A stretch of DNA of 64,000 nt, from the NCBI GenBank assembly GCA_031261715.1, contig JAISJB010000005.1:26651-90650 (forward strand), given 5' to 3'. Made by a program: the position numbers and the translations under genes. The notes under the pieces were generated by a model. It did no database searches and was not told the origin of the DNA. It saw only the letters and a program-made list of their open reading frames with translations. Source of the stretch: Endomicrobium sp. (GTDB lineage: Bacteria > Elusimicrobiota > Endomicrobiia > Endomicrobiales > Endomicrobiaceae). Positions 1 to 11,973 of the stretch are shown piece by piece; within the stretch, counting starts at the first letter, position 1, and the number at the start of each line of letters is the position of its first letter.

Positions 1-1523
<1,523 letters not shown>

Positions 1524-1531
<8 letters not shown>

Positions 1532-3287
1532 AATTTTTTCTACCAAATTTACTAGTGTTAATAATATTTATTATTTCATGTTTATCGCTACATTGTAATA
1601 TATTTTTTGCAAATATTTTAGCTTCTATAAATGATATGTTTCTTATTATTTTTTTTATTTTTGTTATTTGAGACACAGCTACACTAAATTCATCAAGTTC
1701 TAACCCTATTAAAATAGGAGTATAATATGTGTTACTAGCCATTTCTCCACACATACTGACATTTATACCTACATTGTGACTTGCTTCAATAATATTTCTA
1801 ATATATCTAAGAATGGCAGGATGTAAAGGATCATATGAATTAGCAACGTTTTCATTAAGTCTATCAACTGCAAGTGCATATTGTATTAAATCATTTGTTC
1901 CTATAGAAACAAAATCAACTTCTTGTACTATAGAATCAATTACCATTACAGCAGATGGAACTTCTATCATAACTCCTACTTCTATTTTGTCATCAAATTT
2001 AACACATTTTTTTCTTAAATCATATTTAACATTATCTAAGATGTTATTAGCTGCACGAAGTTCTTCAATGCTTGATATCATAGGGTACATAATCTTGATT
2101 TTGCCATAAGCTGAGGCTCTAAGAATACCTGTTAGCTGATTAATCAAAATTTGTGGATATTTCAGACATAATCTAATTGCTCGTAAGCCTAAAAATGGAT
2201 TTTTATCTAATGAGCACAACTTAAATAATTTATCGCCACCTAAATCAACAGTTCTAATAATAGTAACATAAGGATTCATTTTTTTTACAATATTTACATA
2301 ATTAATAAAATGATCTTCTTCAGAAGGAATACAATTATTATTAAGATACATATATTCAGTTCTATATAATCCTATTCCATAGGCTCCATGTTGTAGAACT
2401 GATTGCACTTCATCATAATTATCAATATTTGCATAAATAGTAAATTTATGATGATCTACAGTTTCAGTTTGAAAATCTCTTAAGTTTTTTAATTCTTGCT
2501 TGTTCTTAGTTTTTTGTAATTTACATAGTTTTTGATATTTTACTATTGAGTGAAAAGATGGATTTAAAATCACTTTACCTAAATTCCCATCTATAATAAC
2601 AGTATCTCCAGTTTTAGCATATAAAGATATTACCTGTAAACCCACAACCGCTGGAAGTTCTAATCCTTGTGCTAATATAGCTGTATGTGATGTTTTGCCT
2701 CCAATATCTATTGCAAAACCTTTAATATACTTTTCTCTCATATTAACAGTATCACTTGGATCTAAATTATGCGCAACAACTATTGTATAATGCTTATTAT
2801 GTTTTAAAATATTTGCATTATGTTTTAGTCCTGATAAATTATGTAATATTTTTTTAACTACATCTTGTATATCTATTGTTCTTTCTTGCAAATAATTATC
2901 TTTACTATTTTTAAAAGAATTAATAATCTTGTTTATAACTTTACAAAGAGAATGTTCTGCATTAAAACCAAGATTGATTAGTTCTATAACATTTTTAATC
3001 ATCTCTGGATCATCTAAAATTAACATATGTACACTGACTATTTGTGCATATTTGTATCCAAGTAAACTATTCACTTTCTTATACATTATTTGTAATTCAT
3101 ATCTAGTTTTATCAATAGCTTTATAAAAACGTAATTTTTCTGTGTTTCTTTTGTTAAGTGGTATTTTTTTATAGGATAAATACGAACTGAGATACAATAC
3201 AGTTTCATCTATAAAAATTACATTCCCAATTGCAATGCCTCCAGAGGCAGCAATTCCATTAAATACCATATCCTGTTTAATAAACAT
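1524..3287 (-). CDS. ptsI: PTS enzyme I (PEP-protein phosphotransferase)
   Basis: GGKTSHTAI phospho-His motif, GIGLYRTEY, NPFLGLRAIR, SIGTNDLIQY, MCGEMA; no N-terminal GAF domain. Confidence 0.97.
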
Positions 3288-3290
3288 TTT

Positions 3291-3563
3291 TCATTTACTT
3301 TCATTAAATTGAGATTTAAATAACTTATCTATAGAATCTAGCATGTCATCTTCTTCTGGCCCATCAACAATAAAACACAATACACTATCATAACTAGCAG
3401 CTAAAGCCATCACTCCCATAATACTTTTACCGTTTACTTTAAAATTATCTTTTAAAATTGTAACATGAGTAGATGTATATTGAGATACAACTCTTACAAG
3501 AAGACTTGAAGGTCTAGCATGTAATCCCATTTTGTTTTTGACTTTAATGATCTTTTTTTTCAT
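3291..3563 (-). CDS. ptsH: Phosphocarrier protein HPr
   Basis: GLHARP (His15) and GKSIMGVMAL (Ser46) motifs, 90 aa. Confidence 0.97.
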   Translation of the reverse strand: MKKKIIKVKNKMGLHARPSSLLVRVVSQYTSTHVTILKDNFKVNGKSIMGVMALAASYDSVLCFIVDGPEEDDMLDSIDKLFKSQFNESK

Positions 3564-3643
3564 TTAAATATTGTTATAATACAAAGCTTATTAAAACAAT
3601 ATTGAAGAAGAAGTGTATATAGAATTTCTATCATACATCAATA

Positions 3644-4096
3644 TCAATAAGAGTCCTCTTTATTTATTAGGGTAATTATTTCATCTTTAGTTTTAGCTAA
3701 CTTTATAGCTGTTCTTATACATTTATCTTTAACAAGTTTAGATATTTTTGATAATGCATTTAAATGTTCTACAGTTTCATCAACAGGTCCAATTAGTACA
3801 AATACTATATAAACAAGTTCTCCATCAAGTGAGTTGAATTCTATTCCTTTATGAGAAATGCCAAGTATACCTGTTTGCTTTGTTAAGATATTTGTCTTAC
3901 CATGAGGGATTGCAATTCCTTGTCCTATACCTGTAGATCCAAGTTTTTCCCGTGCTAAAATGATATTAACTATTTCACTTGTTGCACTGTTATCTAATTT
4001 AATTAAACTAACAAGTTCATTTATAGTAGAGCTTTTATCTTGTGATGTTAAATCTAAAATAATAGCATCTTGATTTAAAAAATCCATGATTTTCAT
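3644..4096 (-). CDS. ptsN: PTS IIA component, Ntr/fructose family
   Basis: REKLGSTGIGQGIAIPHGK motif, EHLNALSKIS; located next to lptB; SD AGGAGA upstream. Confidence 0.88.
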   Translation of the reverse strand: MKIMDFLNQDAIILDLTSQDKSSTINELVSLIKLDNSATSEIVNIILAREKLGSTGIGQGIAIPHGKTNILTKQTGILGISHKGIEFNSLDGELVYIVFVLIGPVDETVEHLNALSKISKLVKDKCIRTAIKLAKTKDEIITLINKEDSY

Positions 4097-4182
4097 TTAA
4101 TTTTCTCCTATCTTAATAATTTAAAACTTATAGCAAGGAAACTGGATCCTAAATAAACTATTAATTGAATAATACAAATCAA

Positions 4183-4902
4183 TTACATTCTAAAATTATT
4201 CCCTAAGTACACTGCTTTTGATTGCGAATTGTTTAGTAACTCGATTGCATTCCCTTCAAATAAAATCTTTCCTTCATAGATTATATACGCTCTATCAATA
4301 ACCTCAAGTGTTTCTCTGACATTATGATCTGTAATAAAAACTCCAAAATTCATATATTTCAATTTTTTTATTATGTGTTGTATATCTTCCACTGTTATTG
4401 GATCAATACCTACAAATGGTTCATCTAAAAGTAAAAATTTTGGATTTATTATAAGAGCTCTAGCTATTTCTAATCTCCTTTTTTCACCACCAGATAGAGT
4501 GATACTAATTTGTTTACGTAATTTATACAATCCAAAAGTTTGCAGTAATAAATCTACTTTTTTCTGTTGTTCATTTTGTGAAATAGGAAGTAACTGCGCT
4601 ATAGACATTAGATTATTTTCAACTGTCATACCTCTAAATATAGACGATTCTTGTGGCAGATATCCAAGTCCTTGTCTACATCGCTTATACATAGGTAATT
4701 TTGTTACATTTATATTATCAATATAAACTGAGCCACTAGTTGGCCTTACCAATCCAACAAACATATGAAATGTTGTTGTTTTTCCTGCTCCATTAGGCCC
4801 TAATAAACCTACAATTTCTCCCTGGTTAACTGTAATATTAACTCCATTTACAACAACTCTATACTTATATTTTTTAAATAAATCTTTTGCTATAAGTTGC
4901 AT
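4183..4902 (-). CDS. lptB: LPS export ABC transporter ATPase
   Basis: GPNGAGKTT, YLPQESSIFR, LSGGEKRRLEIARAL, LLDEPF, ITDHNVRETL, C-terminal YLGNNFRM. Confidence 0.97.
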   Translation of the reverse strand: MQLIAKDLFKKYKYRVVVNGVNITVNQGEIVGLLGPNGAGKTTTFHMFVGLVRPTSGSVYIDNINVTKLPMYKRCRQGLGYLPQESSIFRGMTVENNLMSIAQLLPISQNEQQKKVDLLLQTFGLYKLRKQISITLSGGEKRRLEIARALIINPKFLLLDEPFVGIDPITVEDIQHIIKKLKYMNFGVFITDHNVRETLEVIDRAYIIYEGKILFEGNAIELLNNSQSKAVYLGNNFRM

Positions 4903-4919
4903 TAGTTTGGTCGTTTATT

Positions 4920-5573
4920 TTAAGTTTTTATTGTACATTTAATGTTACCTTTCATAATGATTTTATTATTTTCAAAAGAAAATAAAATTTCGTTTGCTTT
5001 ACAAAATATTTTCATATTATTATACAAAATATCTGCAGTTGGCCTGTTTTTATCTGATTTAAAAATGGCACAATTATTATTAAAAAAAGCATTATTTGAT
5101 CTAATAAAACCATATTTTGTAACTACTTTAACATTATTATAAGCTTCTAAAGTATTTTGATCAAAATACAGTTGATCTGAATATAAAGTGCAGTATGGCA
5201 TAATTAAATTTTTTTTGAAATATTTTATTATAACTTGTTGTGTTCCTCCTACTAGTTTGCCAATTTTTCTATTAAAACAAAATTGGGCTTGTTCTCCTTG
5301 TGCTTCAATAAATTCATCTTTTTGTATTTGTAAGTGTATGTCAATCTTCCCATAAGATACTATACTGTTTCTGTATCTGTTATACAATATTAAATTAGCT
5401 CTAAATATATTATTATTTTGAATGATTTGCGATTGTCCTTTGGAAACAATAATATGTCCACCTTCTGTTATTTTCATTACAGTTCCAGTGATGATGATTT
5501 TGGCATAACTTATTTCAAAATTAGCAGTAACAATTATAAATATAATTAATAATAACTTATTAAATTTAAACAA
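4920..5573 (-). CDS. lptA: LptA/OstA-like LPS transport periplasmic protein
   Basis: Signal peptide, beta-jellyroll-like repeats, position between lptC and lptB; sequence divergent. Confidence 0.7.
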   Translation of the reverse strand: MFKFNKLLLIIFIIVTANFEISYAKIIITGTVMKITEGGHIIVSKGQSQIIQNNNIFRANLILYNRYRNSIVSYGKIDIHLQIQKDEFIEAQGEQAQFCFNRKIGKLVGGTQQVIIKYFKKNLIMPYCTLYSDQLYFDQNTLEAYNNVKVVTKYGFIRSNNAFFNNNCAIFKSDKNRPTADILYNNMKIFCKANEILFSFENNKIIMKGNIKCTIKT

Positions 5574-6105
5574 TTAATAGTTTATATCCTTGAATAGTTA
5601 TATTTTTCATTTGTATATCAGTTTGAATACTTGTACCATATATCACAATATTATTAGGTGCAGATATAATAATATTATTATAACTATAAATTAATCCTTT
5701 ACTAGCATTATATATTAGTTGTTTAGTTGTTAATGTTGTTTTATCTACCAATTTCAAAGTACATTGTCCATAACTTTGAAAATCATACGTTTTAGTATTC
5801 AGAGCCATTTGGCTAGAAGTCAAACTAGCTATATATTTTCCATCTATATAGAAAAGAACAACAGGGTGTTCTAAATGAATAATATCACTTGTATGACAAG
5901 AGGCCAATGTAGATTCTACAACAATTCTTAAATTACCTTTATTAGTAGATATTAACTTAAAATTTTTTAATATTTGAACATGTGAATCTAATTTACTAAT
6001 TTGTGCGAGTTTGTTATGCTTACAACTAGAAAATAATAAGTACAGTATAAAAAATAAAATATAATACAAATTATAAACTTTTTTATTGAGTTGTACATAG
6101 TTCAT
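5566..6105 (-). CDS. lptC: LPS export protein LptC
   Basis: N-terminal hydrophobic segment with Cys (LFSSC), LTTKQLIYN-type strand pattern, synteny kdsA-lptC-lptA-lptB. Confidence 0.72.
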   Translation of the reverse strand: MNYVQLNKKVYNLYYILFFILYLLFSSCKHNKLAQISKLDSHVQILKNFKLISTNKGNLRIVVESTLASCHTSDIIHLEHPVVLFYIDGKYIASLTSSQMALNTKTYDFQSYGQCTLKLVDKTTLTTKQLIYNASKGLIYSYNNIIISAPNNIVIYGTSIQTDIQMKNITIQGYKLLIV

Positions 6106-6210
6106 ACAAACTATACCACATACTATATTATATGTTTGCCATAATTCAGAAATAGGTTAAATAATTTAAAGTTTTGCGAATACAGGAACAAAATATAATC
6201 TTATTTTATG

Positions 6211-7047
6211 TCAATTATTTTTAATTAATTCGTCTATCATTTTAACTATTTTAAGTATATATGTAAAATTTTGTATGTTAATACTAGCCGCCCCATCAGA
6301 AAGTGCTCTATCTGGCTCTTCATGCACTTCTAAAACTAAAGCAGCAATACGCATTGCTACAGCTGCTTTTGAAAGAGGTAAAACAAAATTTCTATCTCCT
6401 CCACTATAATTTTCATTTTTACAATTGCCTGGATATTGTACACTATGGGTGGCATCAAAAACAACTGGGTACCCAGTTTGTTTCATTATTTCAATGCCTC
6501 TAAAATCTACAATAAGATTATGATAGCCAAAACATGTTCCACGCTCTGTTAATAATAAGTTGCAATTACCATTTATTTCTGATTTATGAATTACATGAAA
6601 CATATCATCAGGAGCCAAAAATTGCCCTTTTTTTATATTAATTGGTTTTCCTGTTAAGGAACAAGCTGTTATTAAGTCTGTTTGTCTAGATAAATAAGCA
6701 GGAATCTGCAAAATATCAACTATTTCTGCTACTTTATTAACTTGATCATATGCATGCACATCAGTTATAATAGACAAGTTTAATTCTTTTTTTATTTTTG
6801 ATAAAAGTTTTAAACCCTTTTCTAAGCCAGGCCCTCTATAATATTGATATGATGATCTGTTTGCTTTATCATAAGAAGCTTTGAAAATAAAATTAATATT
6901 TAATTTATCAGTTATTTGTTTTAATTTTGTAGCTAACCTTAAAGAACATTTTTCACTTTCTAAAACACATGGCCCTGCTATTATCACAATTGGATTATCA
7001 TTTGAAATAACAATATTTTTATTAATTTTTACAGTTTTGTTATACAT
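6211..7047 (-). CDS. kdsA: KDO 8-phosphate synthase (metal-dependent type)
   Basis: AGPCVLE (metal Cys), SYDKANRSS, NIKKGQFLAP, DATHSVQ, ALSDG; SD AAGGAG. Confidence 0.97.
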   Translation of the reverse strand: MYNKTVKINKNIVISNDNPIVIIAGPCVLESEKCSLRLATKLKQITDKLNINFIFKASYDKANRSSYQYYRGPGLEKGLKLLSKIKKELNLSIITDVHAYDQVNKVAEIVDILQIPAYLSRQTDLITACSLTGKPINIKKGQFLAPDDMFHVIHKSEINGNCNLLLTERGTCFGYHNLIVDFRGIEIMKQTGYPVVFDATHSVQYPGNCKNENYSGGDRNFVLPLSKAAVAMRIAALVLEVHEEPDRALSDGAASINIQNFTYILKIVKMIDELIKNN

Positions 7048-7218
7048 CTTTGCACTCCTTGTTGTGTAGATAATATTATTATTATATATCTTTGTATTGT
7101 GTTAATCTTCATACATTGATTCTGTATTTTTTACAATATCATTATTGAAGTTGTTGATATGATTTTACAAACAAAATTAGCCCCTGTAAAAAAAATCATT
7201 ATTTTAAATAACTTATAT

Positions 7219-7485
7219 TTATTTTACTAAAGAAAATCTATATTCTATTTCTCCTGGAGCTATCATATTTAACTCAGTATGTATAGCTCGTTCTAAATAA
7301 TAATCTTTATTTTCCAAACAAAATATTTTTTTTCTTAAATCATTATTTTGTTTACGAATAGTCTTTATACTGCTTCTTAAATTCTTCTGTTCAAATAAAC
7401 GGTTAATCAGAACTCTATTTCCTTTATTAAAAATTAAAATTAATGTAATGCATATATAACATATATAATTATATTTTTTCATCAT
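7219..7485 (-). CDS. ftsB: Septum formation initiator, FtsB/DivIC family
   Basis: N-terminal TM, coiled coil, YLERAIHTELNMIAPGEIEY resembling the family E..AR..L.m.kpgE motif. Confidence 0.8.
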   Translation of the reverse strand: MMKKYNYICYICITLILIFNKGNRVLINRLFEQKNLRSSIKTIRKQNNDLRKKIFCLENKDYYLERAIHTELNMIAPGEIEYRFSLVK

Positions 7486-7877
7486 ATATTATTTATTTGA
7501 CATAATTGATTATTAATGAAAGAATTCAGTAAGCTATTATTTGAAGTTATAATAACTGTTGTACAACTTGGTTGTAACTCATACAATAAAAAAGTTACTT
7601 CAGTAGTTTCTAAACAACAATCAAACTTTTTATTAAATTTATAAGCTATTATATAGCCTTGTTGTAAATTCATTTTCACTACTTTTGCTTGAAGGAGTTT
7701 AACAGTATTAATAATCTTTTCAAAACACTCATTTTTTGATATATTAATTGTTTTATATACTACTTTTGAGTTATATTTTTTTAAGTGTGCATTGTATTTA
7801 TACAACTGACAATGCGAATAATCTGAAATAGAAGATAAAATAGCTATGATAAACATAATATAATAATACTTTTTCAT
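7482..7877 (-). CDS. Hypothetical exported protein
   Basis: 131-aa ORF with signal-like N-terminus and 4-nt overlap with ftsB; no family recognised with confidence. Confidence 0.7.
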   Translation of the reverse strand: MKKYYYIMFIIAILSSISDYSHCQLYKYNAHLKKYNSKVVYKTINISKNECFEKIINTVKLLQAKVVKMNLQQGYIIAYKFNKKFDCCLETTEVTFLLYELQPSCTTVIITSNNSLLNSFINNQLCQINNI

Positions 7878-7936
7878 TGATATATAAATATACTACTTAT
7901 TAAAATTATTTTAAAATGTAAAGGAACAAAAGTATA

Positions 7937-8860
7937 ATGAAAGAAACAATTCAAGAGTTGCATGAATTAAAACGCAAAAAAAACGCCATTATCTTAGCGC
8001 ATATATACCAGTTGCCAGAAATTCAGGATATTGCAGATTTTGTAGGTGATTCATTAGACTTAAGTAAAAAAACACAACAAGTCGATGCAGACATAATTGT
8101 TTTTTGTGGAGTTCATTTCATGGCAGAAACTGCGTCAATACTGAATCCTAACAAAAAAATTATTCTTCCAGAATTAAATGCCATGTGTCCTATGGCTAAT
8201 ATGATCAATGCACAAAAATTAAAAACAATAAAATCTAAATATACAAATCCAATAGTAGTAAGTTATATCAATACATCTGCTGATATTAAAGCTGAAAGTA
8301 ATATATGTTGTACATCATCTAACGCTATAAATGTTGTTAAGAGTATTCCAAAAAATAAAGAAATTATCTTTATACCAGATCGTAATTTAGGAGCATATGT
8401 TCAAAAAATGTCCGGAATAAAGATGTATCTTTATGATGGATTTTGTCCAACACATAACAATTTTATATTACCAAATCATATCTTAAAATTAAAAAAACAA
8501 TATCCACTAGCAAAAGTTTTAGTACATCCTGAATGTAGACTTGAAGTAATATCGTTGGCAGATAAAGCTATGTCTACATCTCAAATGTGTCAATACGTCT
8601 CTCTAAGTAAACATAAAGAATTTATTATAGGAACTGAAACTGGTATTTTACATAGACTACAAAAAGAAAATCCACAAAAAAAGTTCTATGCAGCTTCAAC
8701 ATTAGCAACATGTCCAAACATGAAAAAAATTACACTTGAAAAAATTTTGTCTGTCTTGATAAATGAAACAAATGTTATTAAAATCTCAAAAACAATAAGA
8801 AACAAAGCCTATTTACCACTTGCAAAAATGACTGAAATAATGCCATGTAATATATACTAA
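7937..8860 (+). CDS. nadA: Quinolinate synthase
   Basis: ILAHIYQ, GDSLDL, FCGVHFMAE, three cluster Cys (CPMA, CPTH, CPNMK), VHPEC. Confidence 0.97.
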   Translation: MKETIQELHELKRKKNAIILAHIYQLPEIQDIADFVGDSLDLSKKTQQVDADIIVFCGVHFMAETASILNPNKKIILPELNAMCPMANMINAQKLKTIKSKYTNPIVVSYINTSADIKAESNICCTSSNAINVVKSIPKNKEIIFIPDRNLGAYVQKMSGIKMYLYDGFCPTHNNFILPNHILKLKKQYPLAKVLVHPECRLEVISLADKAMSTSQMCQYVSLSKHKEFIIGTETGILHRLQKENPQKKFYAASTLATCPNMKKITLEKILSVLINETNVIKISKTIRNKAYLPLAKMTEIMPCNIY

Positions 8861-8871
8861 CTTAAAATAGA

Positions 8872-11298
8872 TTATTTTATAAAAGTTTTTATAGATATAG
8901 CAGCTTCCATTGCATCTTTAGCATAAGCATCAGCTCCAATGTCATTAGCATACTGTTTAGTAACAGCTGCTCCTCCTATAATGACCTTTACTGGTATTTT
9001 ATTAATATTTCTCAAATGTATAACTTTTTTCATTTCTGGCATCGTTGTTGTCATTAAAGCAGACAACCCTATTGCAATGGGTTTAATTTTTTTTGCTTTA
9101 CTTATTATTGCATAAGAGTCAACGTTTATACCCATATCGACAACATCAAATCCATAACTTTCTAATACTGCTCCTACTATGTTTTTACCTATATCGTGTA
9201 TATCTCCTTTAACTGTAGCTATAATAATCGAACCTATGGGTTTTATATTTTCATTTTTTAAAATCTTTTTAACAATAGAAAAAGCAGTTTGGGCTACTTT
9301 TGCAGACATAATAATTTGAGGTAAAAAGAACTGTTTTGATGCAAATCGTTGTCCTACGATATTTAATGCCTTTAATATACATGAACTTACTTGATTAAAA
9401 GGATTTTTATGAAATGGTGTAGCCGTAATAATTTGTTTGACAATCTCATTAATATTATTATTCTCATTACCATCTAAAATTGCATTATAAAGCTGTTTGT
9501 CATATGTTAAATGCTTCTTATTTGTACTTTTTACCAACGGGACTTGTTGATAATTTTTAGAACTAAAAACTTTCATATAATTGCGCATTGCTTCTTTGTC
9601 TTTATTTAAAAGTAAATCTCGAGCTATTTTATTATCAATTTTCCAATCAGCATGTGGATCTATAATAGCAAAATCAAGGCCTGCCTCTACTGTCATTTTA
9701 AGAAATGTTGAATTGATAACTTGACGCGAAGGCATACCAAAAGATATATTTGATATTCCTAATATAAGTGAACATTCAGGAAAAATTTTTTTAGAAAGTT
9801 CCATAGCCTTTAATGTTTCTATACTCTGAGTTGGAGAAGAACTTATTGCAAGAACAAGGTAATCAAAAATTATATTACTTCTCTTAATATTATATTTGTC
9901 TACATAGTTTATAATTTGCGTAGCTATTTCTAACCTTCTTTCAGCCGTTTCAGGAATACCATGTTCATTTGTTGTTAAAGCCACTAACATCGTTCCATAA
10001 CGTTTAACTATTGGAAGAATAATCTTTAATTTATCTATGTTTCCATTCACAGAATTAATTATAGGTTTTCCTGCGCAATTTTTTACAGTTTCTTCTATAG
10101 CATTAGTATTGCTAGAATCAATACATAAAGGGACTGATACAATTTCTTGTATGTGATTTACAGCATTTTTTAACAGTATAACTTCATCTACATTAGATAT
10201 GCCCATGTTAATATCTAATAGCTTAGCTCCTGACTTCACTTGTGCACGCGCTTCATCTATAGCAAATGATAAACTGCCTTTATATAGTTCTCTTTGTAAT
10301 CTTTGTCTGTTAGTAGGATTAATTCTTTCTCCAATTATAATAGGTTTTTGTGTACAATTAACATCAAATGCTACTGTTCTTGTTGATAGAAAGTATTTAT
10401 TGCTATTTTTTCTAAATATTGGCTTTTTATTTTTTAGCTGAGTAGATAAGGCTTGTATAAAAGCAGGAGTGGTTCCACAGCACCCACCAAAAATATTTAC
10501 ACCGTAAGAATATGCTTTTAAACTAGATTCTACAAATTCATCTTTAGATTCTGGAAATAGTGTTTTATTGTTAATTAACATTGGCATTCCTGCATTAGGC
10601 TTAAAAGATATAGGTAAATTTGTATTACTACACACGAATTTAATAAGATCTGACAATTCAGTAGAACCTATAGAACAATTAAGCCCTAATACATCTACTT
10701 CTAAACTTTCAGCCATGGTAATAAAACTTTGTAAATTAGTCCCAGTTACTGTAATCCCATCTTGTAGAAATGTCATTTGTGCAATAATTGGTCCATTAAA
10801 GTTGTCTTTAGTAGCAAGAATAGCTGCCTTCAACTCTTTGATTTCAGTTATTGTTTCAATAACTATTATGTCGACTGCATATTTACTTAACAATGATGCT
10901 TGAAATGAAAAAGCTTCATAAGCCTCATCAAATGATAATGAGCCTAATGGATCAATGTATTCTCCTAATGAAGAAATATCTCCTGCTACTATAACATCAG
11001 ATGATAATTCCCTTATTAAATTAATTCCAGATTTAACCATCATATCAGCTTTATCTAAAAGTTGATATTTTTTTAGTTTTATTGGGTTTATGCCGAAAGT
11101 GTTTGCTAGAATTATATCAGACCCAGCTTGAATATATGTAGCATATATATCTTTTATTCGTTCTGGAAACTTAATATTTAATTCTTCTGGAACTATAACT
11201 CCATCAAGATAATTTTTACGTTGTAATTCAGTACCAGTTGCTCCATCCATTAACAACACACGATTCTGCATAATACTTAAAAAAGTTTGTTTGTTCAT
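8872..11298 (-). CDS. metH: Cobalamin-dependent methionine synthase (Hcy, pterin and B12 domains; no reactivation domain)
   Basis: DGATGTEL, GLNC, GGCCGTTP Zn ligands, IGERINPT, SNISFG, GDIHDIGKNIV (DxHxxG), SALMTTT. Confidence 0.95.
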   Translation of the reverse strand: MNKQTFLSIMQNRVLLMDGATGTELQRKNYLDGVIVPEELNIKFPERIKDIYATYIQAGSDIILANTFGINPIKLKKYQLLDKADMMVKSGINLIRELSSDVIVAGDISSLGEYIDPLGSLSFDEAYEAFSFQASLLSKYAVDIIVIETITEIKELKAAILATKDNFNGPIIAQMTFLQDGITVTGTNLQSFITMAESLEVDVLGLNCSIGSTELSDLIKFVCSNTNLPISFKPNAGMPMLINNKTLFPESKDEFVESSLKAYSYGVNIFGGCCGTTPAFIQALSTQLKNKKPIFRKNSNKYFLSTRTVAFDVNCTQKPIIIGERINPTNRQRLQRELYKGSLSFAIDEARAQVKSGAKLLDINMGISNVDEVILLKNAVNHIQEIVSVPLCIDSSNTNAIEETVKNCAGKPIINSVNGNIDKLKIILPIVKRYGTMLVALTTNEHGIPETAERRLEIATQIINYVDKYNIKRSNIIFDYLVLAISSSPTQSIETLKAMELSKKIFPECSLILGISNISFGMPSRQVINSTFLKMTVEAGLDFAIIDPHADWKIDNKIARDLLLNKDKEAMRNYMKVFSSKNYQQVPLVKSTNKKHLTYDKQLYNAILDGNENNNINEIVKQIITATPFHKNPFNQVSSCILKALNIVGQRFASKQFFLPQIIMSAKVAQTAFSIVKKILKNENIKPIGSIIIATVKGDIHDIGKNIVGAVLESYGFDVVDMGINVDSYAIISKAKKIKPIAIGLSALMTTTMPEMKKVIHLRNINKIPVKVIIGGAAVTKQYANDIGADAYAKDAMEAAISIKTFIK

Positions 11299-11299
11299 A

Positions 11300-11941
11300 T
11301 TAATTTAAACCTTTATTTGATATATCTTCTTTACTTTTCGCTACTCCAAGTATAGCTGAAATAGATTTTTCAGGTTTCATTTGAAAAGAATTATTGATAT
11401 GAATACCTATTTTACTAGCCCCTAACCAATCTAATAATGATTGATTTTTATTAAGTAACCAATCGCCATAACCAGGAGAATATCTTTTTGTAATTAGATT
11501 GTTATGATTACTTTCATACTGTTTAATTTGATCATTTAAACTTGTAATGACATTTTCTACCGCTACTGAACCAGCTGCATCTAATACTACGGCATGAAAT
11601 AGATCACTTCGATTAATAAAATAATGAACTTTATTTTCTAAATGTATTCCTATAGTTACAACTATTCCATATATTTTAAAACAATCTTTTAATAATTTAC
11701 TAACATCATAGCTTTTAATATTATACCCATTGTCAGTAGTAATGCTAGCATTTTTATTTAGTAGTAATCTTTCACAAGCTAATGAGCATTGAGGTACAAT
11801 TAGTTTTTTTGCCAAACACCGAACATCATTTATTGATTTTAAAATATTATTAGTTAAATCTGTTGTCTGCTTTATATAACCCAGTTTTCTTAATAAATCA
11901 TTATGAGAAATATTAATATTATTTAAACTGTATCGTAACAT
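11300..11941 (-). CDS. Stand-alone methionine synthase AdoMet reactivation domain
   Basis: LDAAGSVAVE, RYSPGYGDW and MKPEKSISAILG motifs; 1 bp upstream of metH. Confidence 0.9.
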   Translation of the reverse strand: MLRYSLNNINISHNDLLRKLGYIKQTTDLTNNILKSINDVRCLAKKLIVPQCSLACERLLLNKNASITTDNGYNIKSYDVSKLLKDCFKIYGIVVTIGIHLENKVHYFINRSDLFHAVVLDAAGSVAVENVITSLNDQIKQYESNHNNLITKRYSPGYGDWLLNKNQSLLDWLGASKIGIHINNSFQMKPEKSISAILGVAKSKEDISNKGLN

Positions 11942-11973
11942 TTATTTATAATAACAAAATCATTACTATCTAA

